NCBI GenBank assembly: GCA_051047955.1
Contig: JBPGPT010000011.1
Span: forward strand, 496,001-547,349
Source: Cystobasidiomycetes sp. EMM_F5
Taxonomy: Eukaryota
Direction of reading: 5' to 3'
Length of the DNA stretch: 51,349 bases
Part shown: positions 39,268-51,349 of the stretch, in pieces
How the letters are laid out: the number at the start of each line of letters is the position of its first letter
Position numbering within the stretch: the stretch's first letter is position 1
Notes under the pieces: generated by a model
What the model was told of the DNA's origin: nothing
Databases searched by the model: none
What the model saw: the letters and a program-made list of their open reading frames with translations, nothing else
Translations under genes and position numbers: made by a program

Positions 39268-40164
39268 CTACAACAATTTGCCTATCGCATTAATGAAATT
39301 GGTCGCCTGTGAATCGGTTACAACGTATGCATGTTGCGCTAGGTCCCAGTGAAATCTAGAGTTGTCACCTTGCAAGGCATGATTTAAGGTCTTTGACTGC
39401 AAATGTGTCTTTACAATGGTCTGTAATTGCGACTGGATATGCAACTTCTTCGCCTTGAGCTATTGATGCGTGTTCATTAGCCGCTCATCTGGCCACAGAA
39501 CTAAAGTGGATGCGTACAAGCTCACTCAGTACGCCATCTGGATCTGATGAGGACAGTGTATCGGCTGGCCAGTCTATTAGAGGAAATCTGACAAGACGCT
39601 GTGCTGCTTTTACGCGTAGACTGGATCTGTTGAATTTGACCGCTTTCGCGTAGACCGCAGAGCATGAAGAGAGAGACATGTTTGCGATGATGGCACTGTA
39701 GAAACAGACTATTCAACCGCATTGCGCGCGATGTCACGTGAAGGTCATGCTTACGCCAGACGCAACTCGATGATGTATTGCATACTTGGTATTTGGTATT
39801 TGACAGCCGCCTCCCAAAGTGAGATTATCATATCGTTGGACTTAGTCTGAAGATCAGGGAACAGATCAACGTCGGTAGATGTATAAAGTAGCATGGTCTC
39901 CAGGATGGTGGCCCCTTCCTCCAATCGGACCACGGGAGCGTTGCCAGCATCCTCTCCGCTTCGCTTATCGAACATGTCGAACATGTCCGAGAACGTTTCC
40001 GAGAACTTTGCTAGACGCCGTTTGCGTATATGGTAATCGGCTGGCGCCTCCGCAATGCCCGTTGGAGACGCATTCGCTGCGAGATCTGCGGATCGTAGAA
40101 TAATGTCGGCATCGGGATCGTTAAAGATAGCACTCGTTGCTGGGGATGCTTCAGCGGACTGCAT
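39268..40164 (-). CDS. BTB/POZ-domain protein (basidiomycete type)
   Basis: FNDPDADIILRSAD...YHIRKRRLAKFSETFSDMF...VVRLEEGATILETML...LWEAAVKYQI. Two predicted introns; 3' end approximate. Confidence 0.75.
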
Positions 40165-40530
40165 CGCACAAAAACTGCAGCTATGAAGGGATGGGAGGCA
40201 GTTAGGAGCAACTTTTTCCGTGCGATATTGTACCACGGTCAGTCAAGCACGACAAAAGACCATTCAGCTTTTGGACCTGTGATCGAAAGGAAAGCTCGCC
40301 CGAGAACCATCTTGTCAAACATGACGAATGCTTACAGCAGGTCCGTCACGAAAAGAGCCTACTCGAGGCCTTTTTGATTTCCGTTTTTGCGGAGGGCGTG
40401 CTATTGCGCTTAGTATGTAGGCATTAGTTGAGCGGTCCCTTGACATCGACGGGAGGCATGGCATCCTAGATCACACTTCCGGAATCTTGTTCTGAATTAC
40501 TGTCACAACAACCGCACTTCTCAGCCAGTC

Positions 40531-41104
40531 TTATTGTTGCACAACCGCCTTGATTTCTGCTGCTTCCGGCCCCTCTGCGCCTGGTATGAGCTGAAACGAC
40601 ATGGCATCAGTACGCGGTTGACTGCTCGTCATCATCAACGCACCATCGTGATGTTATTCCCGTTTAATAACGTCTGTCCAATCTTTGTCTTTTTTAACCC
40701 TTGTGCAGTATGTTCGCTTGAAGGCAGACGTTAGGCATTCGGTCTAATAGCAGCGTGATCTGCACACCGTACTATTCCGTTACGTCGTCCAATACCATGT
40801 CTGCATAGAACCATCAGCATCTCGAGCGCTGAATGATATACCGCATATTATACGTACTGACAAAGTCGTCAAATCCCAGCAATTTGCCAACGAATTCCCG
40901 TTCTGGAGGAGAAGTAACGATGCGACTTGAGTAATTGCAGCATTCGTTGTGAATGCTTTCCCTCTCACCCGTCTTCATGACGACCCATATTTGAGATCCT
41001 ATGCATTTGTCGAGCAACTCTGGCGAACAAAGCCAGTCAGACCTGTTATTCGACGCGCTTCCCGGTCACGGCAGCACACCCAGAGGCATAATAGACGACG
41101 CCAT
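40531..41104 (-). CDS. LSM5: U6 snRNA-associated Sm-like protein Lsm5
   Basis: Five short exons splice to [83 protein letters not shown]... Confidence 0.95.
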
Positions 41105-41221
41105 GGCTGCTCAGCGGTCAGAATGGCACGGCGTCAAAGAGCAATTGATCGATGCCATAGCAGGGTGCTTGTTGGCGAAGGAATCTTGTTGGCTTCTTTC
41201 CAACGCAAACATGCTTTCGAC

Positions 41222-41889
41222 ATGTCTGTACTGCCAACAACGCTGCACGCACTCCTAGGATGCACTCTTCAACATCCCTCGTTGCGAGACTTCACTCAGA
41301 ACAGCGAACCAGAATCCGTAAAGGCATACAGTGGTGCGCAGGCCAATGGCTCGGATCAAGCTCCAAAGGCTGAGGTCTTGGTACAGATGTTGTATACTAC
41401 AACTACCCTTCCATAGGCATTTCTTTGCAATTCACGCCTGCTGCTTCGTACAAAGTGCCGAAAAGTACTCCTGGTCTGACATCACAAAGATCCGACCTCG
41501 ATGAAAGCAAGCTCAGCTTGACTGTTATTGATATCTACGTAAAGTCCTACAGAGGGTTTCCCATCCTCTCATCGTACATTCCGCCGCCGGACGAGACCGA
41601 GTCCAGCAAGCAGGAACACAATGCGTCACACTCGACACTCGACATCAAGGCCAGCACAACCGGTTTCGACCTTGTGAAGAATCTCGGAGAACCAGACAGG
41701 AAAGGCGGAGGAGAGTCTCGCGCAGTCGGCGTATGGCTGGAATGGACAGATCTCGGCATCATGGCCGAATTTACTGGCATACATGGCACCGGCAAGTGGG
41801 ACAAGGAACACGGTGCAGGAGCTAGTAAAGTTGGCGTGTGGAGCATCTTCGAGCCTGGCAAGAAGGCCGGTACTTCGGAAGATGACTGA
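41222..41889 (+). CDS. Hypothetical protein, conserved-looking globular sequence
   Basis: MSVLPTTLHALLG...ESVKAYS|DVVYYNYPSIGISLQF...GFDLVKNLGEPDRKGGG...VWLEWTDLGIMAEF. One GT-AG intron joins the ATG exon to ORF 41425-41889. Confidence 0.7.
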
Positions 41890-42033
41890 AACAATGCCCT
41901 TCGGCAGCCGCAGAAGTCTCGTAATACGCGTAGACTTTATCATCGTTCGCGTTAGCAGCGCACAAGGCCTCGAACAACAACAATACTATGGCTACAGGGA
42001 AATATCGTACTTCGATTCTAATGAACTGCACAA

Positions 42034-45000
42034 CTAGTTATCTTCCTGTAACTCAAAATAGGATGAGAACATGGCTTCATGCGATAGTTTGGCTCGTACT
42101 ACGCCATGAACATGCATTAGAAGCTTGGGAAAGCGTCTTGTGAAATAAGACAAGAAGCCAGCCGGTGGCTCGCCCAGACTTTTGCGGACATTATCTGGTA
42201 GATCTTGATAGTGGTGCTTCTTGTTTCGCAAAACCCGCATGAGATCTCGGACGCTGCCTCCGTCGTACTTGCGGTATTTACCGAGATTGTCAACGAGAGC
42301 TCGATCGAGCCCGTTGCGAAGCCAATCTCGGCCAATAATATCCTCGGCGCCATCCTCGAGACAGTAGACAGTGTCGCCTTCCTTTCCTTCTTTGTCCATG
42401 ATCTCGAAACGATCGCTCGCGTCGCATAGAAAGTGAAGAGATTTGGCAGATTGCCAGAAAAAGGGATGTAGCAGAATATCTGCAGCGCAAGGTCTGTAAT
42501 CATGAACTTAGTTTGAAAGAAGTGTTCGGTTCAGTCAGTTGACGAGGTCTTACCTGCTCGACGGATCCGCATGACACATGTATTTGACCAATTCTTGTGC
42601 CTCAAACTTGTTCTCCGTCATGACTGACAGACCATCAAGCCCCATTCTGTCGTTTAGAATGTTGACTTCTCGCTCGTAGCGGGAACCAAAAGGATGTTCT
42701 CCCATTGTCAAAACGAAATAGAAGATGCAGCCAAGCGAGAAGATATCAATACTGCGTGTTAATTTGCGACTTCCAGCCGGAGTCGATAGAGCGATTGTAG
42801 TAGTACTACTAGAGTTTGCAGTCCCGCTGCTGGAATTGGAGACATCGATATGCTCGCGCCCAGGAGATTCGTTATTGACCAAGTCGTCTGCATCCACTTC
42901 GCCACGCAGAACTTCCGGAGCACGGTAGCCGAAACTGCCCGGTGCGGTATGGCCTCCGCCTCGGACAGATTGTAGAAAGCTACTTTCGTCGACGTCCAGT
43001 TTCTTACATAACCCGAAGTCTGAAATGACGACTCGTAAAGACGGCTGAACGCTCGGAGCAGTGGAAGATGAGGAGCGCGATGAAGCCGTAATGAGGATAT
43101 TTTGCGGCTTTAAATCACGGTGGATGATCTTGAGCTTGTGCAGATGCATCAAACCACGCGTGATCTGCTTCAGCGCTTTTACAGGATCAAACGCTACTGC
43201 GAGAGCGGGAAACGAGGCTGGAGAGTCGATGATCTCGTAAAGAGACGCCGAGCATAGCTCCAGCGCGATGTAGAGGAAATTGTCCCTTTGCTCCTGGCAA
43301 AAGTAGCGACTTTACAACCACCAAGGCGTCAGAGAAGGAGCAATGAAGCCAATGATCGATACCTACATGACATTGGAATGATCATCACTCTCTTGCAGCA
43401 ACTTCACCTCATGTGAAGCCACGGTAACGAAATCTTTGAGGAGACGCTTTACCGCCACAGCTCTGCCTTGAAAGGTCCCCTTGAGCACGACAGTTCCGTG
43501 TGATCCGTACCCTGTAAGTAGGAAAGGTGAGATGAGCTAGGGGACATGACCTGCTCTGCATTTGAAGCGCTTACCGATGATTTGCTCAGACACAATGAGG
43601 CTACCAATCCTGCCAGCAATCCCATCTCGCTCATCGACAACGGGCGGAGGAATGTCAACGACTGGAACAGGTGACAATTTCGGGATTATGGCGGCTGCAA
43701 TTGGTGCTGCTTGCCTAGCTTGTACACCATCGATAGCTTCGTTGCTGGCAACAGCATCTGTTGCCCGCTGACCTGGTCGTTTCCCGCGTTTCCGCCTTCG
43801 ACCCTTCTTCTTGTTGCCGGTCTTTACAACGTCGTCATCCTCTCCGTCACTGTCAAGATCGACAGCGCTGTCCACCATAGGGGGCGTAACGCTGAGAGCT
43901 TGGTTGTCTGTTTCATTGTTCTCGTTGATTTCCTCGAAAGGAGGTAGGGCGGGAAGGGCTTTGTCGATTGAAGGAGAGTAGACATGACGACTTGTGCCAT
44001 CGCTTGCGATCAGCGAAGAGGACGGTAAGTCCTTCACACTGATATGCATGGGGATACTTTCTGTACTTGCAGAGGAAGAACCCTCCGAAGGCGGAGGTTC
44101 GGCCTTTTCTACTTTTGACACAGATACAGATTCATACCGAATTCTAGGCTCGCGGGACAGGCGTTGTCGCTTGCGCAAGATGCGTCTGAAGTACAAGAAC
44201 ACGCATGCCATAGTGACAGCAAGGGTTGCTGTCTGCAACAGATACCGAAAGTCCAGACTCTTCCCAAGTCGCAACTGTTTCGAATCTTTCGTGCCATCTG
44301 GTAGCGCAGGGACCGCAGGCTTTGAATGTGTCTCGTCCGATGATGGTCGAGATGGACCAGCGTCAATACCCAGCGGTTCAGGTTTTGGATCGATTGTCCT
44401 TCCAGAGTCCAGAGGTTCTTCAATCTTGTGTACTCCTAGTATACCATGGACATGAGCGATTGCAGAGTCATCACTTTGGTCTACGCTGCCACTGCCGGGT
44501 ACAGCAGGGTTTGCGAAAGCGATGAGGGGGTAATGGTCGTTGCTCATAGCAAAGAACTGGTCTTCTCCTACTCTTGCGCTACTGTTAATGTTGTATGTGG
44601 GTATGCGACCCACGTAGGTTGTGGCAGGCACATGCCGCAGTGCACTGATGCTTGAATGTAGAATCTGAGTAGGGTGTACCACAACAACAGGTTGGCTTCG
44701 AGGGTGTGGCCTGTCCGAAGTTGACCTGGTGCGACCATCGTCCGTGAATGACGATGCGGGATTGCTTTGAGCCGCGGAAGCAGGATGTACAATGTCAAAC
44801 ACAGAAACAACGGGATGAGAAAAGTGATTTGACCACTGTAAGCCATCGCGATCACTTTCAAAGCAGACGAGCGATCCATCATGCATTGGCTGTATGTATC
44901 GGCCATCAAGAGATAGCGACGTGGGTGAATCAGAATAGGTGGAAGAGGAATGCGGCGCTGATGGATTTGCCAGGGTTGACGGGCCGTAGGCTGTATAAGA

Positions 45001-46026
45001 AAGAGTTTGAAGCAGACCATGCTTCTTGGAGTATATTGATAAGTGGTAGTCTGTCCTGCCGATGTATAGCAGATGCCACGGACGGTGCTCAATACCTTCG
45101 CCGTCGTCCGTATGGATGGTCGAAGAAGCTGCTGGAGACGTGGTACGCGTCTGAGGCCACTCGCACCATCCGGCTTCTGGACCGAATTCGCCGACCAATT
45201 TCCCGCTAGAAATGTCGACACCGACGAGCTTGGTCTCCTTGCGTCCCAAGAACAGTTTGCCATCTCCTGACGAGCCCGAGGTTGCGTTGGCCTCGGTGCT
45301 CGAGTGCACGTCGGTTGGAAAAGTAAATGGCGAAAGGTCGACTAGCTGCGTGACTGATAGAGGCAGTCGCTGCATTTGGCCTGTCGACTTGTGATACATG
45401 TAGATGTCACCGCCGGAATGAGGCTCGATGACATATACTTCGTCGTCGGTGTAGTGCTCGCTGCTGTCATCACCGGCGCCAGAGGTGCTGCTACTTCGGA
45501 CCAGAGGACTGCGTACGATATCGTCCGTCTGTGCAGACTCATTCTCGTCGTGCAGTGACCACACCCACAGACCAGTATCTCGTCGGATTGCATGAATTGC
45601 ACCGTCGACAGTCACGACGAGTGCAATCTCGGCGAGCTCGTCGTGGCTTTCGAGGTCGACTGAGACTATTCTGCCATTGTCGTGAATGTCATTGTCAGTA
45701 TTGCTGCCTACGCTTTTGACTGCCAAAGTGCTGCCGCTCCGTCGACTGATTGCCGGTCCAGCGTTGAAGCGATAACGGCGCAGAGCATCAGGCAGCCGCT
45801 CGATACTCTCACTGCGATGGTCATGCCTCGACTGCTGAGCTGGCTGGCTGCGAGCAATACCCGCTGATGCTGCGACTTCTGGCGGGGGTCCAATGTATCG
45901 CGGACTGGCTGCGACCAGCGTGATTATCGATATCACAGCCAGCAGCAGTGACAGCCTTCTGCTGCTGCTGCTGCTGCTATAGCCTGCCCGTCGTCGCGCA
46001 GCTTCAGCCTCGCTGCGACCATTCAT
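42034..46026 (-). CDS. IRE1: Ire1 ER-stress sensor kinase/endoribonuclease
   Basis: Signal peptide, luminal domain (VVTVDGAIHAIRRDTG, LYIGRTDY), TM segment, GYGSHGTVV...VAVKRLL, HRDLKPQNIL, ISDFGLCKKL, KEN domain SVRDLMRVLRNKKHHYQDL...YFTRRFPKLL. Three introns. Confidence 0.97.
45959..45978. repeat. (CTG)n microsatellite encoding poly-Ser ahead of the Ire1 signal peptide
   Basis: ctgctgctgctgctgctgct. Confidence 0.85.
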
Positions 46027-46419
46027 GGGGTTGCATTATTGTATGGTTTAAAGAATCAGAAACATCTGAAATATTCAGGCAGTCAATGAATTCTGAGGCC
46101 ATTCCATTGCTCAATGTTTAAGTTGTGCTCCACTTATTGCGATATCGATACATTCACTGCCCGCTTTCTCGACGCGTTTCGGGTTTGAAATGAAGCGTCT
46201 GAGCTGGGTGATCTGATTGGATGCTAGCTAGGCTGATGGGCTGCCTGAGCAGCAGTCTGACTATCGAGCATCATCTAATATGCTCGCATTCGTTGTTATC
46301 TCTCATCTCGTCAAGTCTTGTCGCGATTCCAACGTCGAAATGTCCTTTGATCCGCTCCAATCCAAACATACATACATATACAGCAACGCTCCTCTGACCC
46401 GACGACGACCACTGCAGCC

Positions 46420-47542
46420 ATGCCGTTCAGCTTTGGGAGCTTCGACTCCATCTGCGAGACGGCGGCACTCATTCCGTGCGCCATGCTCGGGACGAATGGC
46501 CTCTCCCCGACGTGCTACGCCCGCAACGTCGAAATCAACACGACCATCCTGTTCCAGCCAGCGACACTCATCGTCCACATCGCGGCACTCGTAATGACGG
46601 CAATCATGGTCCTCCACATCACGTCAAAGTATACCGCCGTCGGGAGAAAGGAAATGGTCTTCTTCTTTTATCTGTACGCCGTGCACGAGCTGCTCGGCAT
46701 ATTCCTCGATACTGCAATCATACCACTCAACAGCCAAGTGTACCCGTGGTTTGCGGCAGTCCATACCGGAGTAATGTGCGCACTTTGCTGGTCACTCATG
46801 CTCAACGGCTTTGTCGGGTTTCAGTTTGCAGAGGACGGTACTCCGCTCAGTCTATGGGTGAGTCGTGTCTTCTGTCATGTGTTTCGATCTCGCAAACTGA
46901 CTATTCCCTCAGACCCTCCGCCTCACTTCCCTCGTCGTTTTCCTGGTGACCGGCTTCATCGCGATCGGGACATTCAAAAACATTGCAGGCCTCTCGAGCA
47001 CAAAGCCAGTCGTGCTGTGGATTGCCTACTACATATTCAACGCCGCGTGCATCGTCCTATACATCATCTCTCAACTCGTCTTGGTCATTCGCACCCTCGA
47101 CGACCGGTGGCCAATTGGTGCCATCCTGTTTGGCGTTGGTTTCTTTGCTGCTGGTCAGGTACTCGTGTACGGGTTCAGCGTGCAGATATGCAATGCCATC
47201 AAGCACTACCTCGATGGCCTCTTCTTTGGCTCGCTATGTACCCTGCTGGCAGTCATGATGGTCTACAAGTATTACGACATGATTACAAAGGAGGACTTGG
47301 AGTTCTCGGTCGGGTCCAAGCAGGCCGTATGGGAAGTCAAGGAGCCATTACTAGGTAACGGAGCGCCCTCGGCTTTTGCTGGGTTCGACGACGTCAATAG
47401 TACATACTCGCACCCTTCGGCTGCTGGTCAGCCAGGTGCATACCATCACGCTCCTCCCATGCCAAGCTATTACAGCAATCATTCGGGCTACTCCAATTCA
47501 AACAGTGTTGGCGGACAAATGTATCCTCCGTCAAAGTATTGA
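46420..47542 (+). CDS. CHS7: Chs7 chitin synthase export chaperone
   Basis: [16 protein letters not shown]...[53 protein letters not shown]...[21 protein letters not shown]. One intron. Confidence 0.96.
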
Positions 47543-47775
47543 GCATGTATCTGTATCCTGTACATGTAGCGCGCCGTTCCTGGTCACATTTCCTGCCCAT
47601 ATTCTTTACGGACATTTACGCCTACTCATATGACGCTCATCCAGACTGAATGGCTAGTGAAGAAGTCCATGTTGTCAATTTTTGTTCGACCTTTTCCACC
47701 TGACGTTGTAAATCTACACGAAACATAGCATGACAGCACATTCAACGCAAAAGTCTATATCTCAAAGCAAAACCA

Positions 47776-48926
47776 TCACTGAACATCCTTGATTCGCTCG
47801 TCCAGCTCCGCGCATACACGTTCAAACATATCAGACATGTTTAGCTCTTTGGCTTCGAGTAGCAATAATCCAGCATCTGCGCGGTGGGCTCCGCTCTCAA
47901 TGTCACTGTTGACAAATAGTGGAGCATTCGCCTTGACATACGCCGGCCAGACAATGTTGTCAAATACGCCAGGAGGATCTTTCCAGAATGAATCGTCTGC
48001 TATCTGCAACCCATTTTAGTGTTAGTTGGCACCGGCATCCCCAAGTTTTCTAGTCGTACGCCTCACCCTCTCGTTTCGCTCGTTTCGCCTGTGCTTGAGG
48101 ATGTCTTTGTCCTCTCTGATGAATACGCGAACGTCGAACATGTCGCGCGTTATCCGGTCCCAATATAAGAGGAATCCGTCAACCAAAATGATTCGGGGCG
48201 GGTTTGAGAGTTGAAGCGCTGTGCGAAACCTGTCTCTCCACTTTTTCAAACTGCTCAACCTGTTTAGCATTGCTCAAGAGCATTTTCGTCGACGTGCCCT
48301 ACATGTCTTGAGCGATATCAACGGACGTGAGGAGGTTGAGGTGAATGTGTGATTTGTCGGAAGCTGGAATTTGCTTCCCAGACTTGAGGTCACTGATTGT
48401 ATTGCGGAACACGTCCCATTCTACACTGCCACCGCTTGCTATCGTCAGATTGCGGTTTGTTAGGTATGGGAGCGGACTTGCGCCGTCTCTGGGTCATCCC
48501 AGTCTTTCACGTTATGAATAGGATGAACGGGTATTTGTTCTTCAGGCTGAAGAGCGTCAGAGGGTTACATCAGTCTGTATGCGGAGATGCGACTTGTGCA
48601 AGATGACGCGCACCGGAGCAAAGTCATCCTGCGCATGTCGCAAACATCAGAAACAGTCAGTACGTAGCCGTCTGACACAACAAACGACGATACTCAACCT
48701 GATGGTACAAGCTCGCTTCGGGCAGGACATTCATGATATGTCTGGCCAAGGTTGTCTTGCCACTACATGATGGGCCTCTGTGGATGCGACAATGACCGAG
48801 TGCAGCGATATATGTGATGTTACGAAAGCCATTATGGACATCAGATAATGACTCAGCTCTGCCAATATTCACGCCTCGAACAAGTACCGCTCACCCGATG
48901 CCGACCAGGATCACTCTGCGGGCCAT
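47776..48926 (-). CDS. NRK1: Nicotinamide riboside kinase (P-loop, uridine-kinase-like)
   Basis: VILVGIGGPSCSGKTTLA, YHQDDFAP, DWDDP, IILVDGFLLYWD, WKDPPGVFDNIVWPAYV. About six introns, including a GC donor, and a 15-nt micro-exon. Confidence 0.85.
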
Positions 48927-48993
48927 GACACCAGAATGCAGCGTATGGGTATAGTTTGGTGATAGTCCGTTTCCAGTCCTTGCTGGTCACTGT

Positions 48994-49341
48994 TCATTCA
49001 TCGGCATGCAATTTGTACGGACCGCTGGCTTTCCTGTCAGTCTTCAAGCACGAATACTTGACCACCTGTACACACTGGATCCAGTCTCCACTTGACGCGA
49101 AATCAAGCTCAACAAAGTGAAACAATACCGCACTGCCTCGACTGCTTCGATGACTCTTGACAAACACTGACGCGGAATCTCCGTACTGACCGTCAAAGAA
49201 TGGAATAGCCACAGCCACGACTTGTCCATCACCTTTGAATACGCGGAGAACGTATGTCGGGTGGACAGACGTCAATTCTTTGCATGGACGAGCATCTCCG
49301 TTCTCGTTTTGATACTGATCACCCCCGAATGATTCGGTCAT
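48994..49341 (-). CDS. Hypothetical protein (orphan; may have upstream exons)
   Basis: 115-aa ATG ORF with a beta-strand-like pattern. No family recognised. Confidence 0.3.
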   Translation of the reverse strand: MTESFGGDQYQNENGDARPCKELTSVHPTYVLRVFKGDGQVVAVAIPFFDGQYGDSASVFVKSHRSSRGSAVLFHFVELDFASSGDWIQCVQVVKYSCLKTDRKASGPYKLHADE

Positions 49342-49783
49342 CAGTGAGATGGTAAGTAAGGACTACTCATGAAGGACCCGTACATGCACTGAGTAGTCCA
49401 TCGAACCCACTTGCTCAGGGTATTATCGCAGATGCCTCTGTCATCGTCTGGTTTCTTTCCTTCGCCATAATTGGCAACGCAATAGCGTGTCTGGTACTAT
49501 GCAATAATTTCATCGATGCCGCACTGGACAAGTCGCAAGATACCATTGGAACCACTCATATATTCTATTCAGGTGCGCTTACGTTTAACAACACGCAGTG
49601 CTCTTGCGTTATTGATGCCCTCGCTTTGGCAATCAGCGGTCTTCGAAAGGTGCGGCAGAGGGCTTTTAGCACACTTGTGCACCCGACTGACTACGCATTT
49701 CCCGACATAGGGGCTTAAGCGGTTTTACTATTCTATTTGCACTCAGTTACGCGCTGTGGACATTTGCAGACAGTAGAAGTCGA

Positions 49784-50906
49784 ATGAAGCGCAAGACGCA
49801 GAGAAAATTAGGTAACTTTTCCATCGCAAGAGTACAAGCAAACCGTCTCTTCTACCCCAATCAGACGTCGCCAGACGAAGTCGCTTCATGGCAACTGCCA
49901 AAGCAGGATGCATTGAAAAAGGCCTTCAAGAAAACTCAGCGCGGCAGACGAGCCTTTATCGTTTTGTGCTCCATCTTTCTCATCATGTGGGCAGTCCCTT
50001 CTGTAATGTGAAGAGCTGTTGGCACTACGGAGTCCTGCCACAACTCGTCCTAACTTCTTCCTCCAGATTCTTCGCCGAAGGCTGGCTTTACAAATTCCGC
50101 TTGGACCCTGCGGGCTCTAAGCTCTCAAAGCGACTTTCGGGAACGCCCTTAGACGTATGCCAAAATCACAACAGCAGTACAGGCTGTCAGCGCGTCTATG
50201 CCATGGGTGTGGCTTCGGTAGTGGAGTGCGCCTGGCTCATACTTTGCCTGCTAGCAACGGTGGTCTCCCTGTTCAGTCGCAGTAAGCCGAACCCGGGTCG
50301 GATTGCATCTCAAAGCTGATTGCACTGATATCAACGCTAGCACCGGAGACTCCTCAGCACTGGGATACAAGTGGAGAAGCTCCTGATTCGGACGCAGCTT
50401 CACGGGTCTGGATCCCGTCGCCGCATGGTAGCCAAGACGGTCATGATGAAAACGGTAGAGGCCCTCATATATCTCGCATTCCCCGCAGACAGGTCAATCC
50501 TCGCCAAGATGGTCGTGCGCCCGTTGGCGGGCAGCGGCGTCAGGACAGGTCCCGCAGCCCAGGTCCGCGGAATGCTCGCGCAGATGGCGGTCGTTCGCGC
50601 AGTCAAGGGCCGATGAACACTGGAGGCCGTGGTAACAGCGGAGGAGGGTTTGGTCCTAGGACGGGTCCCGGAAACGATGATATGCCTCCCCCGCGCAATG
50701 GACACGGTGAGGCACGCATACCTCCGCGAACTGGAATTCTACCACCTCTAAACGATCCACCGCTTCCACCACCACCGGGAGCTCCACCACCTCCGGGTGC
50801 TGCTGCAGGAGGTGGAGCCGGAGGAGGAGGAGGAGGAGGAGGAGGAGGAGGCGGAGGAGGAGGCGGCGGCGGTAGAGCAGGTTCTGGCCGAGCGGCCTCG
50901 GTCTAG
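49784..50906 (+). CDS. Hypothetical two-TM membrane protein with Arg/Pro/Gly-rich C-terminal tail (5' end uncertain)
   Basis: RRAFIVLCSIFLIMWAVPSVI|FFAEGW...C-x7-C...CAWLILCLLATVVSLFSR|TPETPQHW...PPLPPPPGAPPPPG-poly-Gly. Two GT-AG introns keep the frame to the stop at 50906. Confidence 0.55.
50820..50873. repeat. (GGA/GGC)n repeat encoding poly-Gly
   Basis: ggaggaggaggaggaggaggaggaggaggaggcggaggaggaggcggcggcggt. Confidence 0.9.
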
Positions 50907-51349
50907 TCTCCTCTATACGCAATCCGAGCAGCAGGATCTCGCCACAATACTTGCACAGCAAATCGGTCTCCCTGATTCCGAGTTAGTCACTGACAGTGAT
51001 GGATCCACCCCTCAGCTTAACCAATCTATTGTGATGAATGTCGTAACCAAGACTGTCCTGGCCGGTGATCATCGAACAATTTCCTGTTGTTCTCCACTGA
51101 CAAAGCCGACTGACTAACTGAAAACAGCACAGCCTGAACATGATGGACGTCGTATATCGTGTGAAGCTGTCACGAATTGATTGCGAAATTGTGTGGCATC
51201 ACAACAGCTTCCCAGATCGACGACATTGGCAAATGGTGCGAGGTGCAGGCAGAGTTTACCCATTGACATATTGACTATTTTCTTGCGTTTATTTAGGGCT
51301 TGATAGCAGATAGCTCCGTGGTCGTATGGTTTGCGTCATTCGCTATCTC

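Noticed and set aside
40351..40376. Imperfect hairpin followed by a T-run resembling an intrinsic terminator
   Set aside because: Eukaryotic Pol II context and a weak stem.
48779..48895. snoRNA in the long NRK1 first intron
   Set aside because: CTGA is present but there is no good RTGATGA C box and no rRNA complement that I could recognise.
50797..51117. Poly-Glu ORF, or a frameshift at the GGA repeat
   Set aside because: Alternative frame of the poly-Gly tract; splicing places the gene in the Gly frame, and triplet slippage does not shift frame.

Overview
Gene-dense, intron-rich fungal genomic DNA with short (~50-60 nt) spliceosomal introns. A basidiomycete yeast origin, plausibly Pucciniomycotina, is inferred from gene style, not established. 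I reconstruct about 27 protein-coding genes by hand-splicing the ORF fragments. Housekeeping genes: NKAP-like, NOP7/pescadillo, UTP23, VPS38/UVRAG-like, mitochondrial GluRS, LSM5, IRE1, CHS7, NRK1. Secreted/surface genes: two tandem DUF1996 paralogs, an Rds1-like ferritin-fold GPI protein and two RlpA-like DPBB paralogs. Others: GNAT, SnoaL-like, SMP-30, BTB, DUF6533-like and several orphans. The best candidate for an undescribed system is a compact three-gene module at 12.5-18.8 kb: an atypical DapA-family Schiff-base enzyme, a divergently transcribed intronless Dal5/Tna1-type MFS importer and a Zn2Cys6 regulator. The shared promoter of the enzyme and importer carries three CGG-N10-CCG palindromes with near-identical spacers. 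Also notable: at least four GC-AG introns, conserved micro-exons, intron gain/loss between paralogs, and a probable hidden spliced small gene between UTP23 and VPS38. I recognised no rRNA, tRNA, CRISPR or transposon. Family calls come from motif recognition, not database searches, and exon boundaries are hand-predicted.
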